Assembly (NCBI GenBank): GCA_965204535.1
Contig: OZ241996.1
Coordinates: 1,024,001-1,088,000, forward strand
Source: a bacterium
GTDB lineage: Bacteria > UBA8248
Reading direction: 5' to 3'
Length of the DNA stretch: 64,000 nt
The stretch's first letter is position 1. The number at the start of each line of letters is the position of its first letter. The notes below the pieces were generated by a model. That model was not told the DNA's origin. It saw nothing but the letters and a program-made list of their open reading frames with translations, and searched no databases. Shown here one piece after another: positions 1 through 10,970 of this stretch. Both the position numbers and the translations under genes were made by a program.

Positions 1-120
1 GGCCTCAGGTCCGAATCCCCCAAAGTGTTCAGCGTGCAGTACCACCCCGAGGCATGCCCCGGCCCGCACGACGCGGGCGCGCTGTTCGATGCGTTCTTCC
101 GCTTCTGCGTGGGGGAGTGA
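1..120 (+). CDS. carA: 3' end of carbamoyl-phosphate synthase small subunit (partial, runs off the window)
   Basis: Frame 1 translates [39 protein letters not shown], the [15 protein letters not shown] C-terminal motif of CarA. carB lies downstream. Confidence 0.93.
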   Translation, partial: GLRSESPKVFSVQYHPEACPGPHDAGALFDAFFRFCVGE

Positions 121-193
121 GGGAGGTGCGCGCGGGGGATGCGAGTGAGGAACGAGTGTCCACGCCTTTTAAGTCGGCCAACCCCCCCTTGTC

Positions 194-1706
194 GGGGCTG
201 TTGAAAAACCCCTGGTTTTGTGATCGTATGGATGTATTCCCCCTCGCCCGAGATGGGAGTTCCGGAGATGTTGGACCGCAAGAGGCGCGAGCAGATGGAC
301 TTGTTCGTGGCCGGCCCGCTGGAGAAGTTGATTCCCGAAGATCACATATTGCGCCAGGTGGACCGCGTACTGGATTTGAGTTGGCTTCGCGAGGAAGTGG
401 CGGCGTGCTATTGCGCGGACAACGGTCGACCGGGGATCGACCCGGAAGTGGTGATCCGGTTGATGCTGGCGGGCCTGCTGCTGGGCTACGCGGAGGACCG
501 CCGCCTGCTGCGCGAGGCGCAGGCGCATCTGGCGGTCCGGTGGTTCATCGGGTACAGGCTGGACGAGGATTTGCCGGATCATTCGAGCCTGACGCGTATC
601 CGTCAACGCTGGGGGGAGGAGCGGTTCAAGGAGATATTTCGGCGCACGGTTCAGTCTTGCGTGGAGGCGAAGGTGGCGAAGGGAGAAGTGGTTCACATGG
701 ACGCGTCTTTGATACGTGCGGACGTGAGCTGGGAGAGTCTGGCGGAGCGCCACGCGGAGAAGGTGGTGCGGGAGAACGACTCGGAGGATGAGACGGGGAA
801 GAAGGGCGGCGGCGGTTCGGGTCCGGTGAGCCGAACGGACCCCGACGCTCGCCTGGCGCGCAAGAGCGCTCGGGCGGGGTTCGAGCCGAGCTACAAGCAC
901 CACGCGGTGGTGGACGACGAGCGTGGGGTGGTTCTCGACGTAGAGGTGACGGAGGGGACGTTGAACGAGCGGGAGATGATGGAGCCGCAGCTGGATGCGG
1001 TTTGCGAGCTCACGGGTCGCGCGCCCGCGGTGGTGACGGCGGATAGTGGTTATGCGTATTCGAAGGTGTACGGCGCATTGGAGCGTCGGGGGGTGGACGC
1101 GGTGATACCGGCGAAGAAGGAGCCTTCCCAGAGCCGTGTTCCGCTGCAACTGTTCCGCTACGACGAGCGTCACAAGGTGGTGAAGTGTCCAGGGGGCAAG
1201 ACGCTGCGCCCCCGGAAGGAGACGGAGCGGGGGCGCTGGTATGTATCGAGGACCCGCGATTGCGCGGGGTGCGCGCTCAAGGCCGATTGTCTGTCGGCGT
1301 CTCGCACGAGCAGGGCGGTTCTGATTCCGCACGAGTATCCGGCGCTGTTGCGCGCGCGCCGTCGCCACGCGCGCCGTGGGGAGGAGGAGGGTCGGCTGTG
1401 GCGGCGCCACATGGGTCGCTCGGAGGGCTATCACGGCGAGGCGAAGAGTCGGCACGGACTGGCGCGGGCGGTACGCCGGGGTCTTGCGAACGTGAAGATC
1501 CAGGCCTACCTGACGGCGACTGCGGTGAACCTCAAGCGGCTCGCCGCCGCTGTGGCCGCGGGTTTATTCGCTCTGTGGCGGGCTTGGGCCGCCCGGAAAC
1601 GCCGAATGAGCGCATATCGCGGCCTCACGCGCCGATTGGGCTTCCTCTCCCAGGCCGCGTGAGCCGCCATACATCCCGCTTCAAAACGGGGTTTTTCAAC
1701 AGCCCC
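194..1706 (+). mobile_element. Complete IS1182-family insertion sequence (1513 bp)
   Basis: Perfect 19-bp terminal inverted repeats GGGGCTGTTGAAAAACCCC (194-212) and GGGGTTTTTCAACAGCCCC (1688-1706). 5-bp direct repeat TTGTC at 189-193 and 1707-1711. One transposase ORF. Confidence 0.92.
268..1662 (+). CDS. IS1182-family DDE transposase
   Basis: N-terminal LIPEDH..LR/GRPGIDP/PDHSSL motifs, then HMDAS, SRTDPDAR, TADSGY, a C..C zinc motif and a C-terminal E..HGEAK..HGL.RA..RGL. Likely start is ATG 268 after GGGAG. Confidence 0.92.
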   Translation: MLDRKRREQMDLFVAGPLEKLIPEDHILRQVDRVLDLSWLREEVAACYCADNGRPGIDPEVVIRLMLAGLLLGYAEDRRLLREAQAHLAVRWFIGYRLDEDLPDHSSLTRIRQRWGEERFKEIFRRTVQSCVEAKVAKGEVVHMDASLIRADVSWESLAERHAEKVVRENDSEDETGKKGGGGSGPVSRTDPDARLARKSARAGFEPSYKHHAVVDDERGVVLDVEVTEGTLNEREMMEPQLDAVCELTGRAPAVVTADSGYAYSKVYGALERRGVDAVIPAKKEPSQSRVPLQLFRYDERHKVVKCPGGKTLRPRKETERGRWYVSRTRDCAGCALKADCLSASRTSRAVLIPHEYPALLRARRRHARRGEEEGRLWRRHMGRSEGYHGEAKSRHGLARAVRRGLANVKIQAYLTATAVNLKRLAAAVAAGLFALWRAWAARKRRMSAYRGLTRRLGFLSQAA

Positions 1707-1889
1707 TTGTCAGGGGGTATAAAAAGGCGATGCGCCCTCGCCGGGCTGGGGGGTTTTGTTTTTTCTTGCCCCCCTGACAAGGGGGGGTAGGGGGGGTTGC
1801 TCTTTTGACAAGGGGTTTTTCAACGGCCACTCCTCAGGAGGATAAAAGCGATGCTCTCGACGGGGGCATTATCAACAGCCCCCTCAAGG

Positions 1890-2179
1890 GGGTCTGTTGA
1901 AAACCCTGTTGTTCGTCACCTTTGGAGTTCTCCCTCCACCGGAGAATTTCAAATCAACTCCCCCCTTGAGGGGGTCGGGCTTCCCGAGGGGAAAGCCCGA
2001 CAGAGGCCGAGCGGTTTGTGCGAAGGCCGATGTGGTGGGGGGTAAAATGCGTTTTATCGCCATTCCGAATTATCCCCCCACCGAATCGCTTTCGGGCTTA
2101 CGCCCTCAGCTCTTCGACTCCCCCTCAAGGGGGGAGTGAAAGGCAGCGCGCTCCTTGTGTGGGCATTATCAACACCCCC
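1890..2179. mobile_element. Non-autonomous IS1182-like element (MITE), 290 bp
   Basis: Ends GGGTCTGTTGAAAA and TTATCAACACCCCC resemble the IS ends, flanked by CAAGG direct repeats (1885-1889, 2180-2184). The interior holds an ACTCCCCCCTTGAGGGGG...ACTCCCCCTCAAGGGGGGAGT repeat. Confidence 0.65.
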
Positions 2180-2369
2180 CAAGGGGGGAGCGGGAAAACC
2201 CAGGCGGCGGAGCGTGGTTTCGGAGAAGAAATATGAATTGACCGGCGAAAAGGAGTCGTCAACCGAAGTATATCATTCCTGAAAATCGAGAGGCGCGGTG
2301 AGGCGATTTCATCAGCGGGAATTTGAAACGCCCTTTTTATTTTCCATTTTCAAGCGGGTGGCCTGATTC

Positions 2370-5621
<3,252 letters not shown>

Positions 5622-5696
5622 CGATTCCCATCTCTCAAGCCAGGGTGTAGAGTAGCGTTTTACCGATTCTGCTCTCACCTCGTGAGGCCCCGGCTC

Positions 5697-5972
5697 ATGC
5701 TGCGACTCATTTTTTATCTGGTTTTGTCCTGGCTGATATATTATCTTATTCGTAGTCTTATCAGCGGTATCACGGGTGCGGGACGGAAAACTCCCGAGGC
5801 CGAAGACGGCCTCGACGACGAGATGCTCAACTGCCCCGAGTGCGCGACGTTCTTCCCGTCGCGCATCGGGATTACGAAGCGCGCGGGCGGCGGCAGGCGT
5901 TCCTTCTGTTGCGTGGCGTGCGCGGAGAAGTTCGCCGAACGAGGCGGCCCGCCTGGGGCGGATGATGGATGA
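5697..5972 (+). CDS. Small membrane-anchored protein with a TRASH/YHS-like Cys motif (PP0621-like)
   Basis: Hydrophobic N-terminus followed by EML.CPEC.TF.P ... FCC.ACAEKF. Confidence 0.75.
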   Translation: MLRLIFYLVLSWLIYYLIRSLISGITGAGRKTPEAEDGLDDEMLNCPECATFFPSRIGITKRAGGGRRSFCCVACAEKFAERGGPPGADDG

Positions 5973-6086
5973 AAGGGCGCCCAATCGGTTCGTTCGCGCC
6001 GAGGCGGGTCGGCGAGGACGGTCGCCTCGTGAGAACCCGGGCGCCGGATAAGCCCGAGCGGATGTCGCAAAGACGGGAGAACCACG

Positions 6087-6821
6087 ATGTCGAGTGGAGC
6101 AACAGACCCCGGCGCGCGGGGTGAAGACGGCGCCACGGCCTTGCACCGTGCGGTGATGGACGCCGGCGCCCCCGAAGTCGTAGGCGAACTGCTCGAGGCC
6201 GGGGCCGAGGTGAACGCGCGGGACAATAGAGGATGGACGCCCCTGCACTGGGCGGCATGCTTCGTCGATAATTCGGCGGTGCTGACCGCCTTGACGCGGG
6301 CCGGGGCCGACCCGAACGCGCCGGATGAGAGAGGGGCGACTCCCCTCCACACGGCGGTGGCGTTCAACGCGGCTCCTGTGATCGTGACGACTCTGCTGGA
6401 CGCCGGCGCCGACCCGAACGCGGAGGGCATATTCGGATGGACGGCCCTGCACGCGGCGGCGGCGTTCGGCGAAGCCTCGGACATCGTGGAGATCCTGGTA
6501 CGGGCGGGCGCCCAGGTGAACACGCCGGACAGAAAGGGCCTGGCGCCGCTGCACTGGGCGGGGATGCGCAGTTCGGCCCCCGCCATCGTGAAGGCCCTGC
6601 TCGCGGCGGGCGCCAACCCCGACGTGCGCGACAAGCGCGTGCGAACCCCCCTCCACTACGCGGCGGCGAAAGACGGTGTCATCCTATCGGTGGTCGAGGC
6701 CCTGCTCGACGCCGGCGCCGACCCCGGCGCGAAAGATTCCGAAGGCAAGACCCCCAAAGAGGGCGTGAAGCCCGATTCCCCGTTCAGAGGGACGGAGGCG
6801 TATATGCGGTTGGGGGGGTGA
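6087..6821 (+). CDS. Ankyrin-repeat protein (about 6 repeats)
   Basis: Repeated G.TPLH.AA ... LL.AGADPNA units. RBS GGGAG upstream. Confidence 0.93.
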   Translation: MSSGATDPGARGEDGATALHRAVMDAGAPEVVGELLEAGAEVNARDNRGWTPLHWAACFVDNSAVLTALTRAGADPNAPDERGATPLHTAVAFNAAPVIVTTLLDAGADPNAEGIFGWTALHAAAAFGEASDIVEILVRAGAQVNTPDRKGLAPLHWAGMRSSAPAIVKALLAAGANPDVRDKRVRTPLHYAAAKDGVILSVVEALLDAGADPGAKDSEGKTPKEGVKPDSPFRGTEAYMRLGG

Positions 6822-6903
6822 ATTCCGACTGATGAAGGAGGAATTCCTCCGACCGGTGAGGGTGGGTTTGCGGCTCCAATCCATGTAGAAAACTAGATGG
6901 TTT

Positions 6904-6930
6904 CGTAGGGGCGGACCCACGTGTCCGCCC
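6904..6930 (+). repeat. GTAG-type REP palindrome
   Basis: CGTAG GGGCGGAC ccacgt GTCCGCCC: a GTAG tetranucleotide at the foot of a hairpin. Confidence 0.75.
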
Positions 6931-6945
6931 GGTTATTTTGTAGTC

Positions 6946-7114
6946 GTCATTCCGGCAATCAATGCCGACCGAGGAGCGAGGGATTGCCGGAATCCAGTGT
7001 TTTTGTTTTTCGCCTTATGCTTTTCCTGCTTCCTTTCCTGATCAATGAGGGAATGAAAAACCCCCGCGATATTCACTTTAATCGGTTCTGGATTCCGGCA
7101 TGCGCCGGAATGAC
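6946..7114. repeat. dRS3/RPE-4-like paired palindromic element
   Basis: GTCATTCCGGC...GCCGGAATCCA (6946-6996) faces TGGATTCCGGC...GCCGGAATGAC (7089-7114). A second copy lies at 41513-41717. Confidence 0.75.
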
Positions 7115-7130
7115 GAACAAAACCACACCG

Positions 7131-7260
7131 CCTCATCCTGAGTAGCGGCGAAGCCGCGTATCGAAGGATGCCCTCTCGCCACGGCGCGAGTCCCTCGCCC
7201 TTCGATACAAACGCTCCTTGCTCAGTCACGTTTTACCTTCGGCGGCTACTCAGGGTGAGG
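7131..7260. repeat. Palindromic element with CTCATCCTGAG-type termini
   Basis: Termini CCTCATCCTGAGTAGC and GCTACTCAGGGTGAGG (15/16 complementary), with an inner GTATCGAAGG/CCTTCGATAC pair. Confidence 0.7.
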
Positions 7261-7295
7261 AAAGAGGCGTCGGCGGTTTCCAGAGGACGCATACA

Positions 7296-7478
7296 GGGCT
7301 TTTTCAACAGCCCCTTGAGGGTCGGGCTTCCCGAGGAGAAAGCGAGACGAAGAGGCCGAGTCCACAGGACGAAGGCCGATTCGGTGGGGGGATATGCCAC
7401 AGAAAAAACTCCCCCCACCGATTCGGTTTCGGGTTTACACCCTCACCTCATCGACTCCCCCTCAAGGGGGGAGTGAAT
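7296..7478. repeat. Orphan IS1182-like right end followed by a CCCCTTGAGGG...CCCCCTCAAGGGGG repeat
   Basis: GGGCTTTTTCAACAGCCCC (7296-7314), then TTGAG and a repeat clearly homologous to 1957-2140 and 26459-26622. Confidence 0.75.
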
Positions 7479-7509
7479 TTCCCCTCTTCTTGGGTAGAAA
7501 TGACCTTCA

Positions 7510-7942
7510 ATGGGGGAGTGGTTCCAACGAGGTCTTTCTGCAAGCCGTCAGGAGAAACATCGAGCGCTTCCCTGCGGATTTCATGTTTCAGCTTACGAAA
7601 CCCGAATACGACGACTTGAGATCACAAATTGTGATCTCAAGTTGGGGCGGCAGGCGTTACCCGCCTTATGCGTTCACCGAACAGGGGGTCGCCATGCTCT
7701 CCAGCGTTCTTCGCAGCGAGCGGGCGATTCGGGTAAACATCGAGATCATGCGCGCCTTCTTGGAGTTGCGGCGGATGCAGGCGAGCCATGCCGACCTCGC
7801 GCGCAAGCTCTCCGCTCTGGAGAAGAAATATGACAAGCAGTTCAATGTCGTTTTCGAAGCCATCCGGGGACTCATGGCCCCGCCCGAGCTGGAGAAAAAA
7901 GGCAGAATCGGGTTTTCCCCCTCAAGCGGCAAGCGAAAGTGA
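7510..7942 (+). pseudogene. ORF6N (KilA-N-like) domain protein, 5'-truncated and frameshifted
   Basis: [19 protein letters not shown]...[24 protein letters not shown] is the ORF6N core. The N-terminus is replaced by repeat DNA and the expected GVPT segment lies in another frame. Confidence 0.8.
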
Positions 7943-8184
7943 AGCGGCCTACCCGGAAATCGCACTTGCTCAAGGGAGGTATCCGCCCCCTGGAACGGCA
8001 GGCGGCGGAGGACGAGACTCGCCTGCAGACCCTGCGCGAGGCCGCCGAAGTAGGGGTCGCCGACATCAAGGAGAGGCGGTTCCGAACTTTCGATACGAAG
8101 GAATCGCTTCGCAAGCATCTCTCACAACTGGCCGAGAACGCCGTCTCAGACCCACCCGCCGGGGGTAGGGCCGATCATGAATAG
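7939..8184 (+). pseudogene. Degenerate ParD-family antitoxin fragment
   Basis: GIRPLERQAAEDETRLQTLREAAEVGVADIKERRFRTFD resembles the C-terminal half of ParD (CopG/Arc/MetJ) antitoxins. The N-terminal ribbon-helix-helix is missing. Confidence 0.6.
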
Positions 8185-8185
8185 C

Positions 8186-8212
8186 GGGCAGGCACAGGGG
8201 CCTGCCCCTACG
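8186..8212 (-). repeat. GTAG-type REP palindrome
   Basis: GGGCAGGC acaggg GCCTGCCC CTACG. Confidence 0.75.
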
Positions 8213-8273
8213 CAATCTCCTTCGTCTGTAAAACGACGGGCCGCATGACGTGGAGATTGTGGACTACCATTGA
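8212..8273 (+). pseudogene. higB: 3' remnant of a HigB (RelE-like) toxin
   Basis: Positions 8232-8273 read NDGPHDVEIVDYH*, the typical HigB C-terminus. A frameshifted ISFVCK (cf. ICFVWK) precedes it, and higA follows directly. Confidence 0.8.
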
Positions 8274-8284
8274 GGAGCGCGGGA

Positions 8285-8590
8285 ATGAACGCGAAGAACA
8301 AAATGACGCCGGTGCATCCGGGCGAGATACTGCGCGAGGAACTCGATGCGCTGGAACTCTCGGCCAATGCGCTCTCGAAGGCGCTCGGCGTGCCCGTGAA
8401 CCGGGTCACGACGATACTGAACGGCCGGCGGGGCGTGAGCGCGGACACGGCGCTGCGCCTGGCGCGGTATTTCGGAACCACGCCCGAACTCTGGATGAAC
8501 CTGCAGAAGACCTGGGAGCTTCGCCGGGCCGAGGTCGTCCAGGGCCGCGAGATCGCCGAGCGGGTGAAGCCGCGCGAAACGGCGGCGTAG
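8285..8590 (+). CDS. higA: HigA-family antitoxin (XRE HTH)
   Basis: PVHPGEILREE...LSKALGVP.NRVT.ILNG.RGVSADTALRLARYFGTTPELWMNLQ. Confidence 0.95.
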   Translation: MNAKNKMTPVHPGEILREELDALELSANALSKALGVPVNRVTTILNGRRGVSADTALRLARYFGTTPELWMNLQKTWELRRAEVVQGREIAERVKPRETAA

Positions 8591-8626
8591 GGAAGCGGCC
8601 GGGCACGGGCTCGTTCACGAACAGCT

Positions 8627-8653
8627 GGGCGGAGGCTTAGGTCCGCCCCTACG
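8627..8653 (-). repeat. GTAG-type REP palindrome
   Basis: GGGCGGA ggcttagg TCCGCCC CTACG. Confidence 0.7.
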
Positions 8654-8752
8654 AAAGTTCATTTCCTGCCAGGCCGCTTGACAATGTTCGCAGAGAGCCG
8701 TCATTACGGCGGATGACGGCGAGCCATACGGAGCACGCGTGACATGAAACCT

Positions 8753-8780
8753 TTGCGCGTATACCCATTCTTGGTATGCT
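8753..8780 (+). promoter_or_regulatory. Putative parDE promoter with overlapping operator palindrome
   Basis: TTGCGC-16-TATGCT, with inverted repeat ATACC-N7-GGTAT (8761-8777) overlapping the -10. Confidence 0.45.
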
Positions 8781-8801
8781 GACTGTGAAGGGGGTATCAT
8801 C

Positions 8802-9038
8802 ATGCCGCGCAATACGTCGGTTTCACTCGGGGATCATTTCGTGGGTTTCATCGAAGAGCGCGTTGCGTCGGGCCGCTACAACTCGGCGAGCGACGTGGTG
8901 CGCGCCGGGCTGCGTCTGCTCGAAGAGCACGAAGCCAGGGTGAATGCCCTGCGCGATGCGCTCATCGAAGGCGGGGCGTCCGGCCAGGCGACGCCTTTTG
9001 ATTTCGATGCTTTCATCGCCGGCAAGAAAACCCCCTGA
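8802..9038 (+). CDS. parD: ParD-family antitoxin
   Basis: [15 protein letters not shown]...[24 protein letters not shown]...[10 protein letters not shown]...PFDFDAF. Confidence 0.95.
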   Translation: MPRNTSVSLGDHFVGFIEERVASGRYNSASDVVRAGLRLLEEHEARVNALRDALIEGGASGQATPFDFDAFIAGKKTP

Positions 9039-9043
9039 GCGGG

Positions 9044-9330
9044 ATGGGAAGCTATACGGTATCACCGGCGGCGCGATCCGATCTGGAAAGCATTTGGGAT
9101 TATACCGTCTCGCATTGGGGCATGGCGCAAGCCGAGGACTACACCCGGAACATTCAGGCGGCGTGCGAAGCGCTGAGCGAAGGCAGGATGGTCAGTCGCT
9201 CGGCGGAAGATATACGCGCGGGATACCGTAAGGCTGCTGTCGGATCGCTGTAGCTTCCACGAAAAGCTCCTGATTATCCTGACGATGTATGAACCCCACC
9301 CATGTGGCTCATGCGCGGAGGCGATGTCAC
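9044..9330 (+). pseudogene. parE: ParE/RelE-family toxin, interrupted
   Basis: Y.VSPAARSDLESIWDYT..HWG..QAEDY...IRAGYRKAAVGS, then a premature TAG at 9251-9253. About 50 bp of unrelated sequence follows, then HV../MRGGDV-like remnants. Confidence 0.85.
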
Positions 9331-9980
9331 GCAGATGGAAGCCGGGGCGGCGGGAAATTCTATTAGCCCCTACGCAAACTCTTCCCTGATCGGGCCGGTT
9401 TCTGTTCGGGAATTTATCACGATTCGTCGGCGTATCATCTTGGTTCGGCGGGTTTTTATCTTTTATCCCCAGGAAATTTTCACGTAAAGGCGAAAGCGCA
9501 TTTGCCCGCAATTGCCGTTCTTGCGTCCGGCGGGGGTTTGGTAGGGTGGCGGAGCGAATCGCTCCTTGCGCGAAAGCGCGGCGGGCGCGGCACTTTCATG
9601 AGGCTGAGACGATGACCAAGTCAATTTCATGCGAGCCATTCGCCCCGGCGCATCCGGGGAGGCGGGAGAATTTCGCGCGCCTTCCGGGCTTCGGCGGCTC
9701 CGAGAGGGCGATGGAGAGCAGGTCTAGCGCGCGGGCGTGCGTGAATCGGGAATTCCTGAAAAATCCCATAAATATCGATAAATTCACGGGGTTTTCCTGT
9801 AAATTTCTGACTATGCAAGTGATTGTAATAAAAAGGGTTATCATATGAATCTGAGCGTTCTGCACTCAGATATGGCGCAAAAAAAATTTCGCGCGCCGCA
9901 TTTGCCCGCAGATTCGATGAGTTGAACGCACCCCGGCGCATTTCCCCGCATATTCGCGCAGATTCTCATTCCCCGCCATA

Positions 9981-10008
9981 TTGACATTTGGACGCAGCCG
10001 CGTAATCT
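9981..10008 (+). promoter_or_regulatory. Putative sigma70 promoter of tal
   Basis: TTGACA-16-TAATCT, 57 bp upstream of the ATG. Confidence 0.55.
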
Positions 10009-10065
10009 TCTCATATGCGGGGCGCGGCCCCGAGGGGGGAATGAACACGTCCGGCGGGAGAGAAC

Positions 10066-10716
10066 ATGAAGATATTCATCGATACGGCGAACCTGGAGGA
10101 GATCACCGAGGCGGCGTCCACGGGCATCCTGGACGGCGTGACGACGAACCCATCGCTCATCGCAAAGGAGGGCGCCGACCACCACACGAGGATCAAGGAG
10201 ATATGCGAGGTGGTCGACGGGCCGGTGAGTGCCGAGGTCATCGCCACGGAGTGGAAGGAGATGGTCGAAGAGGGCCGCGAGCTGGCGGCGATTCACGAGA
10301 ACGTCGTGGTGAAGGTTCCGGTGGGCGTCGAGGGGCTGCGCGCCGTCAAGGCCATGCGCGAGGAGAACATCAACACGAACGTCACCCTCATCTTCAGCCC
10401 CGCGCAGGCGATGCTGGCCGCCAAGGCGGGGGCGTCTTTCGTGAGCCCCTTCGTGGGCCGGCTGGACGACATCTCCAACCCGGGCATGCAGATTGTGAGC
10501 GATATCGTGCAGATTTTCGAGAACTACGATTACGCCACCGAAGTGCTGGTGGCCAGCGTGCGCACGCCGATTCACCTGCTCGAAGCCGCGAAGATGGGGG
10601 CGGACGTCGCGACGGTCCCCTTCGGGGTGATCGCGCAGTTGCTCAAGCATCCGTTGACGGATATCGGGTTGGAGAAATTTTTGGCGGATTGGCGCCGCGC
10701 CAATGAGATGCGCTGA
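10066..10716 (+). CDS. tal: Transaldolase (short TalC/Fsa family)
   Basis: [17 protein letters not shown], Schiff-base VVKVP. SAEV and SPFVGR carry the Glu/Phe pair typical of transaldolase rather than FSA. Confidence 0.92.
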   Translation: MKIFIDTANLEEITEAASTGILDGVTTNPSLIAKEGADHHTRIKEICEVVDGPVSAEVIATEWKEMVEEGRELAAIHENVVVKVPVGVEGLRAVKAMREENINTNVTLIFSPAQAMLAAKAGASFVSPFVGRLDDISNPGMQIVSDIVQIFENYDYATEVLVASVRTPIHLLEAAKMGADVATVPFGVIAQLLKHPLTDIGLEKFLADWRRANEMR

Positions 10717-10739
10717 TTCTACGGGAGGCCAGAAAAATC

Positions 10740-10970
10740 ATGCCGATGTATGAATTTCTTTGCGGAAGCTGTGAAATAGATTTCGAGACCATCGTTTCAT
10801 CCGCGCAAGCCGTAGATGGGGTCGAATGCCCTGAATGCGGCTCGAAGAAGGTTCACAAGAAACTTTCCTTGTTCGCCAAATCCACTTCGAGTGCTGCGGC
10901 GTCGGCGCCGATTGCCAGTGGATACTCGGCCGGCGGGGGCGGCTGCGGAGGCATGTGTTCGTGCCACTGA
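10740..10970 (+). CDS. FmdB-family zinc-ribbon protein
   Basis: MPMYEF.C..C...FE...CPECGS..V.K.LS.F with a Gly/Cys tail. Confidence 0.9.
   Translation: MPMYEFLCGSCEIDFETIVSSAQAVDGVECPECGSKKVHKKLSLFAKSTSSAAASAPIASGYSAGGGGCGGMCSCH

Larger units (their letters stand above)
180..1798. repeat. Palindromic host repeat (CCCCCTTGTCAGGGGG ... CCCCCTGACAAGGGGG) interrupted by the IS
   Basis: Removing the IS and one TTGTC copy restores AACCCCCCCTTGTCAGGGGG. The inverted partner CCCCCCTGACAAGGGGGGG lies at about 1769-1787, and the outer ends are AACCCCCC/GGGGGGTT. Confidence 0.7.

Noticed and set aside
1851-2236. Short ORFs inside the MITE and repeat regions (also 6921-7476, 26196-26563, 41188-41662)
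   Set aside because: They are translations of palindromic repeat DNA, with no RBS or coding signature, and frames are not conserved between copies.
6900-7480. Possible CRISPR array or integron attC array among the palindromes
   Set aside because: There are no regularly spaced identical repeats with unique spacers, no cas or intI gene, and no consistent RYYYAAC...GTTRRRY boundaries.
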